Assembly: GCA_964016885.1 (NCBI GenBank)
Contig: OZ024740.1
Span: forward strand, 363,940,001 to 364,004,000
Direction of reading: 5' to 3'
Source: Eledone cirrhosa
Taxonomy: Eukaryota
DNA length: 64,000 nt
The notes beneath the pieces were generated by a model that saw only the letters and a program-made list of their open reading frames with translations, did not search any database and was not told the origin of the DNA. The position numbers and the translations under genes were made by a program. Positions 52,158-64,000 of this stretch are shown here, one piece after another; the first letter of the stretch is position 1; the number at the start of each line of letters is the position of its first letter.

Positions 52158-52934
52158 TATATATATATATATGTGAAGGCACATGGCTTAGTGGTTAGAG
52201 CAGTAGTCTTGCAATCAAAAGGTTGTGAGTTCAATTCTCGGACCGGGTGATGTATTGTTTCCTTGAGCAAGACACTTTATTTCACGTTGCTCTAGTTTCC
52301 TCAGCTGAAAATGAGTACCTGCAATAGCTGGAGGTTTAACCCTGCGATGGATTGGCATCCTCTCCAGGGGGGAGTCTTGTACTCTCAGTCGCTTCACGCC
52401 ATGAAACCTGGATAAGCACCGGCCAAATGAGCCTTCTGGCTTAAGACAGTCTTTAGGCTTACGGCCTGCCCGCCCAGCCAGTGGGATGGCATCATCGTAT
52501 GGCTAAAACAGCACGTGCTGTGACCAGTGGCAGACTGGTCGGTCAAGTTGATCAAGGTGATATACACACACATATATACATACGTATTGACATGAGCGTG
52601 TGTGTGTATATGTGTATATATATGGGCCACCATATTATACGAATGGTCAAGAACATTGTCTTGTTATAGACACAAAATAGTAATAATAATTGTTTCTACT
52701 TTAGGCACAAGGCCAGCAATGCACAAGGCCACCAGTGCATTACTGGTACTTTATTTTATCGACCCCGTAAGGATGAAAGGCAAAGTCAACTTCGGCGGGA
52801 TTTGAACTCAGATCGTAATAATAATGATGTTAAACCAAAAGATAACCTGAGCAAAGAATTGATATGTTTCAAATGTCTTTCAAATGAATTTCAAATGTCA
52901 ATCAATTGAATAAAAGAAAAATGAAATTTACCTG

Positions 52935-53560
52935 CTGAGGTCATATCCTGTACAAAATTTCTCTCCAAGGCACAAGCCTGGGCAAGGTTGTTTGTGGAAG
53001 ACCAGTAGTTGCTCATGCATACCAGTCTCCTCTCTTCATGCCACCGATGTTGTCCAAGGCAAGGGAAAGGCAATGGCTGATACAGCTTCGCACCAGTGGC
53101 GTCGCAACTCATTTCTACAGCTGAGTGAACTAGAGCAACGGGAAATAAAGTGTCTTGCTCAAGGACACAACACATCACCCAGTCCAAGAATTAAACTCAA
53201 TGCTTTAACCACTAAATGAAGGCATATGTCTTAGTGGTTAGAGCAGTGGACTTGCAATCATGAGGATATGAGTTTGATTCTCAGACCGGGTGATCCATTG
53301 TGTCCTTGAGCAAGACACTTTATTTCATGCTGCGCCGGTTTACTCAGCTGTAGAAATGAGTTGCGACATCTCTGGTGCCAAGCTGTATCTGCTTTAGCCT
53401 TTCCCTTGGACAACATCGGTGGCGTGGAGAGGGGAGACTTGTATGCATGGCTGACTGCTGGTCTTTCCCAAAACAACCTTGCTCAGACTTGTGCCTTGTA
53501 GGAGAGCTTTCTAGGTGCAAATCCCATAGTCATTTGTGACTGAAGGGGATCTTTACCCTT
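52935..53560. mobile_element. Head-to-head pair of tRNA-derived SINEs (about 52935-53215 on -, about 53220-53560 on +)
   Basis: The two bodies are reverse complements over about 260 bp. Confidence 0.78.
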
Positions 53561-54044
53561 ATCCTGTATAATATATAGACTAAAATAAAATTATTTCAGT
53601 CATATTACACCATCAATAGCTCAACTCTATACAGGCTAAAAACTATATTTTGAAGAGCTTCATTAACACAAATTATATTTAGGTGTAATTATGTATAGTA
53701 TATTAAAAGTAAGCATTGCAAACAAAAAATACATTTTAAAAGAAAAGTATAATTTTGCCTACAAACATGTGCTTATACCACATGGTTTCATTTAACAAAG
53801 GAAAATATTAATTTAGATAATTAACTAATAAATTAAGAATTCAAGATCACCAGTAAAAGAAAAAGCCAAGGGAAATTACCTTGTGTTGTTAAAATGTCAA
53901 GACAGCAAAAATGATGTGTTTATATTATAAAATATAAAAACTAATTGCTTTTAGCATTGAAAGTCGTAAGGTCTGATGTAAAACGTCAGATAAAGTAGAA
54001 AATCAAACTTTCCAGTTGTTGTCTTCCTGTTTCTTCTACAACAA

Positions 54045-55105
54045 CTACAACGGTATGCGATGGGGCCCACCCACAGCTCCGGCGGACAGAATGGAGAAGG
54101 CGTTTACCCGGAGGACGGCAAGGGAGACGCGCTGGAAAAGCCACCCCAACTCGCGGGGCTCACATCTGCGGCTGGCCAGCTCAGCACTTATGGTGGTGAG
54201 TAAGGAGGTAGCCCTGGGGCCGAGGACACCAGAAGTCTCCACTGCCAGGGGTATGACCGCAAACCTGTCGGAGAGTGACCAGTATTTGAGGAGTTTGTCC
54301 CCCACATCCCGACGTGCAGCAGAACCTGGGTCAGTCGCAGACTGCACCAGGTTGTAGCTGCAGAAAGTGTCAGTGCAAGTGGCATCCCAGACGAGGGGTT
54401 TGCCACCGCGGAATGGGAAGATAGTCATGCCATCTGGTCTTTTGCCGTCCCCTCGATCCAGCCCCAGCAGCTCGAGCTGTGAAGGGAAGCCTGCAGCGTC
54501 CAATCCATGCTTAATGACCTCGTTGAGGGCAGTATGGGATGGAATGTGGCCGGCACTGTGGCGACAGGAAAGCGGGTGGAGGCCGAAAGAGTCCACGGTG
54601 GAACCGCAGCGACATTGGTGTGGCTGGCAGATCCGGAGGCCGAGTCTCAGGGAAACGCTGATGCGCAAGCTGTGGTTGTCTAACTGCGTGCCAGTGGAGA
54701 AGGGGGGCAGGGCATGGAGCCAGGCACAACTGTGGGGTTTGGAAGCCGCACGAAAACAAGCAAGGAGGTGCTGGTCGAGCTGGCACATGAGCCTGTCTGA
54801 GGCCAGGCTGCACTGGATGGCATCCCAAGTGCGTTGGAGGGACTTGACGTCAACAGGGGGAGAAGGAGGAGGGACGTCTCCTGTGCTAAGTTCCAGCCGG
54901 TCCCACATCTCACAGGCGGCCTCACATTCTCTGAACACAGAGGGTTCTGTTGTATTTTGAAGAACCCTGCTGACGAGGACGCAGCACGAGGTTACCAACA
55001 AAAGATACACTGGCAAAGCTAGTGAGATCAGGAACCGGAGGCCAAGGCAGCCATACCTGACAGGTAAAGAGGCCTGTTGCCACCCTATGTCGTCAAACTT
55101 GACCA
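54045..55105 (-). mobile_element. CRE-clade non-LTR retrotransposon 3' fragment (zinc knuckle and restriction-like endonuclease)
   Basis: WLHALP..LRLG..CRCG..D..GLHPLSC..H.ALN..GKRPDG..LVWDATCTDT..PLAVET.G..G; GC-rich. Confidence 0.85.
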
Positions 55106-55165
55106 GAGGTTAATAGGGAAACTAGATTAATTTAATTAATTAAAGGGAGTTGCAATATTATAATA

Positions 55166-55460
55166 TCTATATATCTAAAACAGAGAATGTCTCTCTGTCT
55201 GTCTGATCACTAAAACTCGAGAACCACCCTACCGATTATTTTCAAACTTTACACATGTAATACTTATGGTCCTGTGAGTGTTTTGAGCAAAAAAAGATTT
55301 CAAATTTTCAATGCCCTACGGACCGCATTAGGCGATTTAGCGATCTCTCTCTATAACTCTTAGTCTTTCTCTTTTTAGATAGATACATAGATATAACGTT
55401 GCGGCCTTAGAATATCTGTCTGTATGCCTGGCTGTCTGCATTACGACATTATAACGTAGC

Positions 55461-55520
<60 letters not shown>

Positions 55521-55521
55521 C

Positions 55522-55556
<35 letters not shown>

Positions 55557-56044
55557 GTGTGTAACGTTTTTCAAAATATTTACTTCTGCGTTCACAGATT
55601 GATTTTTTTAGTTTCAGAAGATCCCGTTAAGGGTGAAAGCAGCAATTCTTTGCTTAAACTTTAATCTGTTATTTTAATATATATATAATTAGATATACGT
55701 GTACAGATATTTTTGCATACACAATAACAAAATATAAACAAAAGTATTTATTTTGCGATAAAGTATTGATTTTCTTCGCACGAAAAAAAAACCTGATAAT
55801 CTACGACAAATTTTTTTATAAGCACAAAATGTAGACACTGTGCCGAGGCCGAGGTATTCCGTACTTCTCTGTACTGTTATATATATATATATATAATTAT
55901 ATATTCATGTAAAGATATTTTTACATACACAATAACAAAATATAAACAAACATATTTATTTCACGAGGCTCGATAAGGATAAATATATATCAAATATATA
56001 AGAACCCTAGAGCAAATTCCAAGCAACGTGGGCCATTCTGCTAG
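55166..56044 (+). mobile_element. Non-autonomous Helitron-like element
   Basis: A|TCTATATAT start with (ctgt)n; 3' gcaacgtgggccattctg-CTAG|T end. Confidence 0.68.
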
Positions 56045-57132
56045 TATAGACTAAAATAAAACTATTTCAGTCATATTATATCATAAATAGCTCAATATAT
56101 TACAGGCTAAAAACTATATTTTGTAGAGCTTCATTTATACAAATTATATTTAGGTATAATTATGTACAGTAATTATTAAAAGTAAGCATTGCAAGAAAAA
56201 TATATATATATACACACACACACACACTGAAATAATATAATCTGGGGTTTAAAAGAAATATATTTTGGCATTGCCACTACCACCACCACTCTCTCTTTCT
56301 TCCCCCTTTCTCTCTCTCTCTCACTCAAATACACACACACATATACCAACACCTTTCCAGCATGACTCACATTTTACACAAAATATACAACAGCCAACTT
56401 TAACATAATAGATTGAGTGAGACAAGAGAGCAAAAAAAGAAGTTATTTGGCAATCATTAAAATAGTTAAATTTATACACCTGTGTTTAGAAAATGGAAGA
56501 TTTCACTGTAACTTTGATTAAATGAAATAGTTTAATAATAACTAGGCATATAAGCCCACTGAATGGAAAAGGATGAGCATCAGCCCACATAACCATCTTT
56601 TTCTGTTCAGTGGGCTTATATGTCCCGTTATTATTAGGGCGGTGGATTGGCTGTATCGGTAGAGGGTCAGACGCCATGCTTTGTAGCATAGAGATACGTC
56701 CCTTTACGCTCTGAGTTCAAATCCTGCCGAGGTTAACTTTGCCTTTTATCCTTACGGGGTCGATAAAATAAAGTACCAGTAATGCACTGAGATAATTGCT
56801 GGCCTTGTGCCAAAAGTAGAAACAATTATTAGACTATTTTATTTTGTCAAAGTTACAATGAAATCTTCTAATTCAAGTTAAATTTATTTTGTTGTGTTGG
56901 ATGTCCACCACTTCTAATGATGTGTGTCGCAGTTATTTTTGAGCATTGGACATCAATCACTTCTGACTATGAGTGTTCCAGTTGTTTGATCAAAGGGACA
57001 AACTGCTTGTGAAATTAATGTGCAGCAGGATGAGTATTCCATAGGCATATTTTACTCTCCATGTCTCCTCTCCACCCCAACTTGATTTCAATTTTATTCT
57101 ATTTTTTTTATTTTTACTATTTTATTCTCCAG

Positions 57133-57545
57133 ACAACCCAACATTCTGTGATTTTGAGTCAGCAGACAAATGTAACTACACTCACAGCTCGGATGCTAAC
57201 TTTGAATGGACATGGCACCATGGAAGGACACCAAGCTCACAAACTGGACCAACTGTAGATCACACAATGGGGACATCTTCAGGACATTATTTTTACATTG
57301 AAACCTCAAACAAGAATGAAAATCAAACAGCTCGGTTGATCAGTCCCCAGTATCAGTCCGATAAACTCTCATGCTTACATTTCTTCTATTTTATGTATGG
57401 CGTTGACGTCAAAATGTTAAATGTATATCAGGTATTTAATGAACAATATGATGAATTAAATTCCCCAATATGGAGCCAGGAAAATTCTCAAGGTCCTAAT
57501 TGGATTGAAGGAACAGCTACACTATCTGCACTCAGTAACTATTCG
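57133..57545 (+). CDS. Exon 20, MAM7 N-part and middle in one exon (FCDFESADKCNY...TGPTVDHTMGTSSGHYFYIE...SNYS)
   Basis: ctccag acceptor, gtaagc donor; includes ORF 57267..57563. Confidence 0.92.
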
Positions 57546-59161
57546 GTAAGCTATATGTGTTAATATTTATCTGCTACAAAGGAAATAAACATGTGTGGCC
57601 TAGTGGCTAGGGTGTTGGACTCATGATCATAAGGTTGCAGAGGATGTAGCATGGCTGAATGGTTAAGAAGAACTTTGCAATTATTTGGTCCCAGGTTTGA
57701 TTTCATTGCATGACATATTGGGCAAGAGTCATTTACCAAATCCTTGGATCAATTCATTGTGAGTGAAATTGGGTAGAAGGAAATGGTTTGGATGACTGTA
57801 CCTGTAATTCAAAAGGCCAGCCTTTTCACACTGTGTCATGCTGAATCTTCTTGAGAATTATGTTAAAGAGTACACACATTGTAAAATTCTCAGCTACTTT
57901 CGCATAAATTTCACTAGCAGGCTGTTCTGTTGATCAAACAACTGGAACACTCATTATCAAAACTGACAGAGATCCATACATCCTTGGACTAGATAGCATA
58001 TTGTGTTCTTGAGCAAGATACTTCATTTCTTCTTACTTTTCATAATATGATTAGGGCACCTATCATGTCAGTAACATTTCAAGAGCCACTGGTACCTATT
58101 CTTAGATTAATAAAGGCACATCAATTCAGGAGTCCTGTTAAAGGATACAAATAAATGTGTTAAGTGATTTGAACTTATGATCCATGTGATGCTGGTCCAG
58201 TACCTTATCCTCTAGCTCTGTTTGCTCCCACACTGTCCCAAGATCTCAATTCTAAATATAAAATATATAATGTACCATTTACTAGGAAGTCATATTCACA
58301 TCACTTCCCTTAATCCTTTTGATACTAACTTAGCCAATACTGTCTCAGGTTCTATAAAACAAAACCACCCATTTTAAAGGTTTCTTATCTAAATTAAAAT
58401 CTTAGAACCTTATATAAGAACCTTTTGTTATGTTACAAATGCCACATTAATCCTTTAAAGACAAACCCTGCCCAAAAGCATCTCTATGATATTGTTTAAA
58501 TATAAATTCAAAAGTTAGACTGAAATCTCATTATTGTATGACATAATATTTAGATTTCAGAAGTTAAATATTTATCTTTATTACTATGTTGAAAGTTAGT
58601 TATTTCACTAAAGCTCTCATAATCATTGATAATTATGATAATTAAGATACAGAGGGAGTAAATTATTGTTAGAAATATGGTAATAAAAGTGTTAATAATG
58701 AAATGGTTAATAATTTTAGTATATCCTTTCAAATTCTTTATGAATTAATTCAAATACAATGTATTTCATTAGAAATACTGTCACAAGAGGGTTAAATGGC
58801 CTCTTTTCTTTAATGTTCTTCATTTTCATTATATTTTCCTGGCCAAATAACAGGCTTTGATTGACCCTTTATTTTTTGTGTTGCCATTGAGACCCCACTT
58901 TCCTCTGCCAAAGTGTAAAGTAGAATGACTCTGCCAGTAAAGTAGAATGACTGATGTAACAATGCTTTCACCAACTTGTCCATGAGATACAGCTGAGATA
59001 AACCATCCAGTGGAGGGTGTAAAGTTTACCCACACCTTTTTCTTCTTTTTTCTCTCTTCCTGTTTGTAAATATATATATATGGAATGACTATTAAATGCT
59101 GAATCACTAAATTATATCACTCTTCATTTCATATTCCATTTGTTTTGATATATTTTCCTAG

Positions 59162-59252
59162 ATTGTATTTGAAGGAATATCAGGTAAAAGTTACAGAGGT
59201 GATATTGCTATTGATGATGTCTTCCAAACTGATGGATCATGTCAGACTCCAG
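59162..59252 (+). CDS. Exon 21, MAM7 C-part ([30 protein letters not shown])
   Basis: tcctag acceptor, gtacag donor. Confidence 0.9.
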
Positions 59253-59479
59253 GTACAGTGGTTTTCATTGTTTGTTGCCATCAAAGATCATTAATTGCTA
59301 CAGTGTAATTAGATAAACAACATCTGCAATTACTGATTGATTGATTGGTCAGTCAATCATATAACGATCAAGGAAAGATGCAGTGAGGATTTAAACCTAA
59401 CACTTAAAATCATGTACCTCATGAAACCCTTTTTGTAGTAAAGAATGTTAAATGTTATATTGTAATCTTCAGTGAAACT

Positions 59480-60020
59480 TTCCTCAATTATCATAATACT
59501 GACAATAGAAGCTGTGTGAGAAATGCTATGATTTATGGGAGTGAGACATGGATGATAATGAATGTAAAGCAAGAGAGAAGGCTGGAAAGAATGAGAATGG
59601 TCAGGTGGATGAGTGGAGTATTGCTCAGAGAGAAGAAGACAAGGAATTACAAAAGATGATGGTAATAGAACCAATGATGAATGTTGTGAAGAGAAATGGA
59701 ATAAGATGGTGGGATCATGTATTGAGTAAGGTGAAAGAGACTGAGTGAGAGTAATAGAGCCAGTGATGGATGTTGTGAAGAGAAATGGAAGATGTTTGAA
59801 TTGTGTGTTTAGAAAGGATCAAAGTGACTGGGTGAAAGGAGTGATGGAAATGAAAGGAAAGAGTAAGAAAAGCATGGCTAAAGATGCTGGAAGAAGAAAT
59901 GAAAGCCAGAGGGTTGGTGAAGGGGGATACAGATGATAGGGCAAAATAGAAAAGTTTGTAAGGGGGCTCATAAGGCTACCCACTGCTTTAGAAGGAAAGA
60001 TTACCTTAAAATGCTTGTTG
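59480..60020 (+). mobile_element. Old RTE-type LINE 3' fragment; a relative lies at about 2810-3050 on -
   Basis: Degenerate AMIYGSETW and IRWWDHVL motifs. Confidence 0.55.
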
Positions 60021-60070
60021 TATGTTATTCTTCATATTATATTCCTAAAATATTCTTTTCACTCATTTAG

Positions 60071-60492
60071 GTTTCTGTGATTTTGAAAATGGTTTGTGCA
60101 ACTGGAGAAATGACAAGTTTGATAACTTTGATTGGTTGATAGGCCAAGGACAAACCTTAACATCTGCTACCGGACCCATTTATGATCATACCTTAACAAA
60201 TGCTAAAGGACACTATATTTACATTGAATCTAGCAGTCCAAGTCGTCCAGGAGATATAGCTCATCTTCTTAGTGAACATTTCCGTGGATCTAATAAACCA
60301 ACTTGTCTGAAATTCTGGTACCAAATGTATGGCAAGGATATAAATTCTTTGAATGTGTTGGTGCGAAAGTCTTACGGCAGTTTGCGTCGTTATGATGGTG
60401 CCTATATTTGGATGCTAAGTGGTAACAGTGGACAGAAATGGTTTAAAGCTCAAGTGAATGTTGAGAAGAAATACACTACTATAAGTCACCAG
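60071..60492 (+). CDS. Exon 22, MAM8 N-part and middle in one exon (GFCDFENGLCNW...ISHQ)
   Basis: atttag acceptor, gtaaac donor; ORF 60094..60531. Confidence 0.93.
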
Positions 60493-61627
60493 GTAAACAT
60501 GTTTCATTCCTTAAAACTATTCCAGCATTAGAATATATCTTTGATCATCATCATTTAACTATTTTAATACCAAACCACCTGAAACTGCTTCTAGTTCTAT
60601 GTTTGTTTTAAAGTGTTTATAATTACCTAAAAATGTTCCATCATAATTTTATACAAGAAAAGGTTGTTAATTTATGTTTGAAAACTGCTTAATCCCTTAG
60701 CATTTAAACCAGCTATCTGGCCAGCTGTAACTGGCCGCTCATACTGATGTTAAGATATTGTTCTCAACTTATATATCAAAATCTTGTAGATTCGATATTA
60801 TGTGAAATAATTATGTGTGAGGTAAATCCTTTAGCATGAAAATACAATAGTATATGTATAGTAATGTAACTGCTAAAGGGTTGATAATTAAAAGGTTAGT
60901 TATATTACTAGATCCTCCAAATTCTTGGTTATTTTCAAAATCAAATGAATAAAATAATGTATTTCATAAGAAATATATTGGTTTATCATACCATTTTGAC
61001 TCAGTACAGTAATTACAAAATATTAGAGGCGAAATTCAGCACCATGGCCACCTCGTCATCATAATAATCATCATCATCGTTATGGTTATGTGACATCAAG
61101 TTATAAAACCAGATAAGAATCTTAAAATAGCAAGAGATCTTATAATTTCTTCTGAATCTATGTTGTTCAGTCCTTTGGAAACAAGAGAATTATATTTACC
61201 ATTTAGCCTAGTATTCATTAATGCTGATACCCGCATCACACCCAAAAGTTCACCCACTACATTTTATTATTTTCTTAATTAATGATGGATTTATTGTGTA
61301 TTTTATTTTTTATACATAGCAATATTATATTAATATTACATAATTTGCCTTGTTTGTTGTTCAATAAACTGTTTTAGTCTTCTGATTTTCCTCTTGCACA
61401 TTTTCACTAGAGTTTTAAAACTCAGTCTTAGATTAAGTCACTTGACAGATAACTTCAACTGTGGCTAAAATCACCCTTCTACAATGTAATTGCTTCAATT
61501 TCAATAGTCGAAAATCAAGTAACTTGCTAGACGAATACAACTCAAAAATATGACATATAATTTTATTTTAATAAGTAATAATAGGTCAGCATAGTTTAAC
61601 TTGAAGAATTTTTTTTATATTTTGCAG

Positions 61628-61745
61628 TTCATATTTGAAGCAATACGAGGCAATGGAAGCTATGGTGACATTGCATTGGATGATGTTTCTGTATCTCGGG
61701 AATCCTGTTTAACAAAACCAATCTATGCAAATCCAGAAAAATTAG
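61628..61745 (+). CDS. Exon 23, MAM8 C-part (FIFEAIRGNGSYGDIALDDVSVSRESCLTKPIYANPEKL)
   Basis: ttgcag acceptor, gtaaag donor. Confidence 0.9.
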
Positions 61746-62371
61746 GTAAAGCTTATTCACTTGGCAATTATAGTGCTTAGGTTATGTTATTAGACTCATA
61801 ACCATAAGGTCATGTGTTTAATTCTTGGGAAATGTAGCCTGTTGTGCTCTTACGCAAGACATTTCATTTCACATTGCTTATCCGAATAGAATTGAGGCCC
61901 TCTCTCATTAAAACACCCGATAAGCTTTCTATAAGATGTAACCTCATAGGAGGTCAGCTAAACCTACTTAAGTATGAGCTGTAACAATAAAAACATGATA
62001 GGTCTGGGGTCCCTCTCATTAAAACACTCAAGAAATCTTCTAACCCCATAGGAAGCAAACTAAACCTACATAGGTGTGAACTGTAAATTTTATTTTTTCG
62101 TTTCATTTCAATTTATTTAATCGGAAGAAGACCATTCAACTATAAGAAAGGAGGATAATTTAGAATAAAATTAACTATTATCCAAAACAGAAAATTGTAA
62201 ATTTATGAAGCTAAACAAAAGCATGTCTATGTGGTTATGAAGTTGTTTTCGCAATAACATGGCTCTGATTTCAGTTCACTGCAAAGCACCTAGGGCAAGT
62301 GTTTTTACTACAGCCATATGCTGATTAATACATTGTGAATGGCATTTGGTAAAAGTCCATTGTGTGTATGT

Positions 62372-64000
62372 GTCATCATCATCATCATCATCGTTTAACG
62401 TCCATTTTCCACGCTAGCATGGGTCTGGACGGGAATTGTCCCACTTGAGGCAAGATTGGTTGTCTTGCTCAGGACTGTCTGGCGGGTTTTCTATGGCTGG
62501 AAGCCCTTCCTAACACCAACCACGTTTACAGTGTGGACTGGGAGGTTTTTACCGTGTTACCTACACGGCCACATTACAGCGTGGACTGTGTGTTTTTTTG
62601 TCGTGACACCTACACGACCTCATTTATTTAGGACTGGATGTTGTGGTACATCATCATCATCATCATCACCGTTTTACGTCCGTTCTTCCACGCTAGCATG
62701 GGTTAGACGGGTTGTCCTGTTGTGGGCAGTGTCTGGTCGGCTGACCATGCCTTGCTCATACAGGAACTGATTTGGCTTGATTTCTACAGCTGGATGCCCT
62801 TCCTAACACCAACCTCATTTACAGTGAGTGCTGGGTGCTTTTTTGTGGCGCCTACATGTCCACTTTACAGTGTGGGCTGGGTGCTTTTTTGCCGTGGCAC
62901 CTCCACGACCACCTTGCAGTGGGAGGGTGTGGGGGCATATTGTCTATATGCTTCAGCTTGTACCCATGGGAGGTCGGGTACTCTGTATTAGTGTTGACAC
63001 CAGAGGTCACGGTCATGTGTCATTGCCTTTGAGAGGTGTAATTGGGTAAGGTCGGCTTTTATCACCTCATCCCAGGTCATCTTGGGTCTCTCCACTCCGC
63101 GGTTTCCATCGACTTCTAGTGCTCTGCACCTTTTTATGCAGCTGTCATCCTTCATACGCATCACATGTCCATACCAACGCATCCGCCTCTCCTGCACACA
63201 GCATTTGATTCCTCTTATGCTCAGTCTCTCTCTCAATTCATTTATGCTTTGTCGGTCGCGTATATTACTATTACACATCCATCGGAGCATGCAGGCTTCG
63301 TTTCTCTCTAATCTACATAAGTCTTCCACCTTCAGCACCCAGGTCTCACTACCATGTAACATTGCTTTTCAGATACACGCATCATACACTCTGCCTTTCA
63401 TTTTGAGAGAGAAGCCTTTTGCAGCTAGCAGTGGTAGTAGTTCCCTGAACTTCTTCCATCCCGTTCTTACCCTAGTTATTGTACTTTCTGAACACCCAAC
63501 ATAACATTACATCGAAAGGGGTGGTGTAGATGGCGGTGAAGGTAGGGTTGGGACGGGGGTGTATTTTGGTTAAGAGGTGCCTACTGACTGTAGGTTTCGC
63601 TTTGTACTTAGGCAAGGCGGGTCTTCTGTATTACTACGTAGCGCCAAAGATCTTGGTCCAGTGACATTGTCTTGGTGAGGTGTAAGTGTGTGAGGTCGGA
63701 TTTTATCAAGTCATCCCAGGTTTTTCTGGGTCTGCCTACTCCGTGGCTTCCGTCTATTTTTTTCGCCCTGCACTTTTTTATACAGCTGTCATCTTTCATG
63801 CGCATCACGTGACCATACCAACGTAGTCTTCTCTCGAGTAAACAACATCGGATCCCTCTTATTCCTAATTTCTCACTTAGTTCATTTATGCTTTGCCGTT
63901 CACGTATATTACTATTACACATCCAACGGAGCATGCAAGCTTCGTTCCTCTCCAGTCTACGTAGATCCTCTGAACACAAGGCCCATGTCTCACTGCCATG
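62372..64000 (-). mobile_element. Nested RTE-type LINE 3' ends: one subfamily (about 62650-63500) inserted into the 3' UTR of another (62372-62650 plus 63500-64000)
   Basis: Two (CAT)n tails; tgtggtac..ccaacataac is contiguous in the copy at about 4450 but split here; ORFs with RRLRWYGH and GRPRKTW. Confidence 0.82.

Noticed and set aside
61900-62090. Tandem duplication of about 90 bp after exon 23
   Set aside because: It is diverged and has no structural or coding signal, so it looks like an ordinary local duplication.

Overview
AT-rich, repeat-dense eukaryotic DNA. The SINE/LINE families and long (TA)n tracts suggest an octopod cephalopod, which is an inference and not a database result. 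The window lies inside one large + strand gene. 23 exons that I spliced by hand (2503..61745, 4116 nt, about 1372 codons, all phases compatible, no stops) encode 8 tandem MAM domains in a repeating triplet separated by Thr/Pro-rich linkers, resembling MALRD1/MAMDC-type proteins. Neither the start nor the stop codon is in the window. The introns hold RTE-, CR1/L2-, Tx1/L1- and CRE-type LINE fragments, a Penelope-like (GIY-YIG) element, two Helitrons, tRNA-derived SINEs and MITEs. The most unexpected signal is non-coding. At least five unrelated sequence families of small type I hammerhead-ribozyme motifs (CUGANGA...GAAA...NUH, mostly with palindromic stem III) sit in the introns, most of them sense to the pre-mRNA. 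One is a tandem pair with a 407-nt unit (retrozyme-like), and several lie in long foldback inverted repeats of up to about 3.2 kb.
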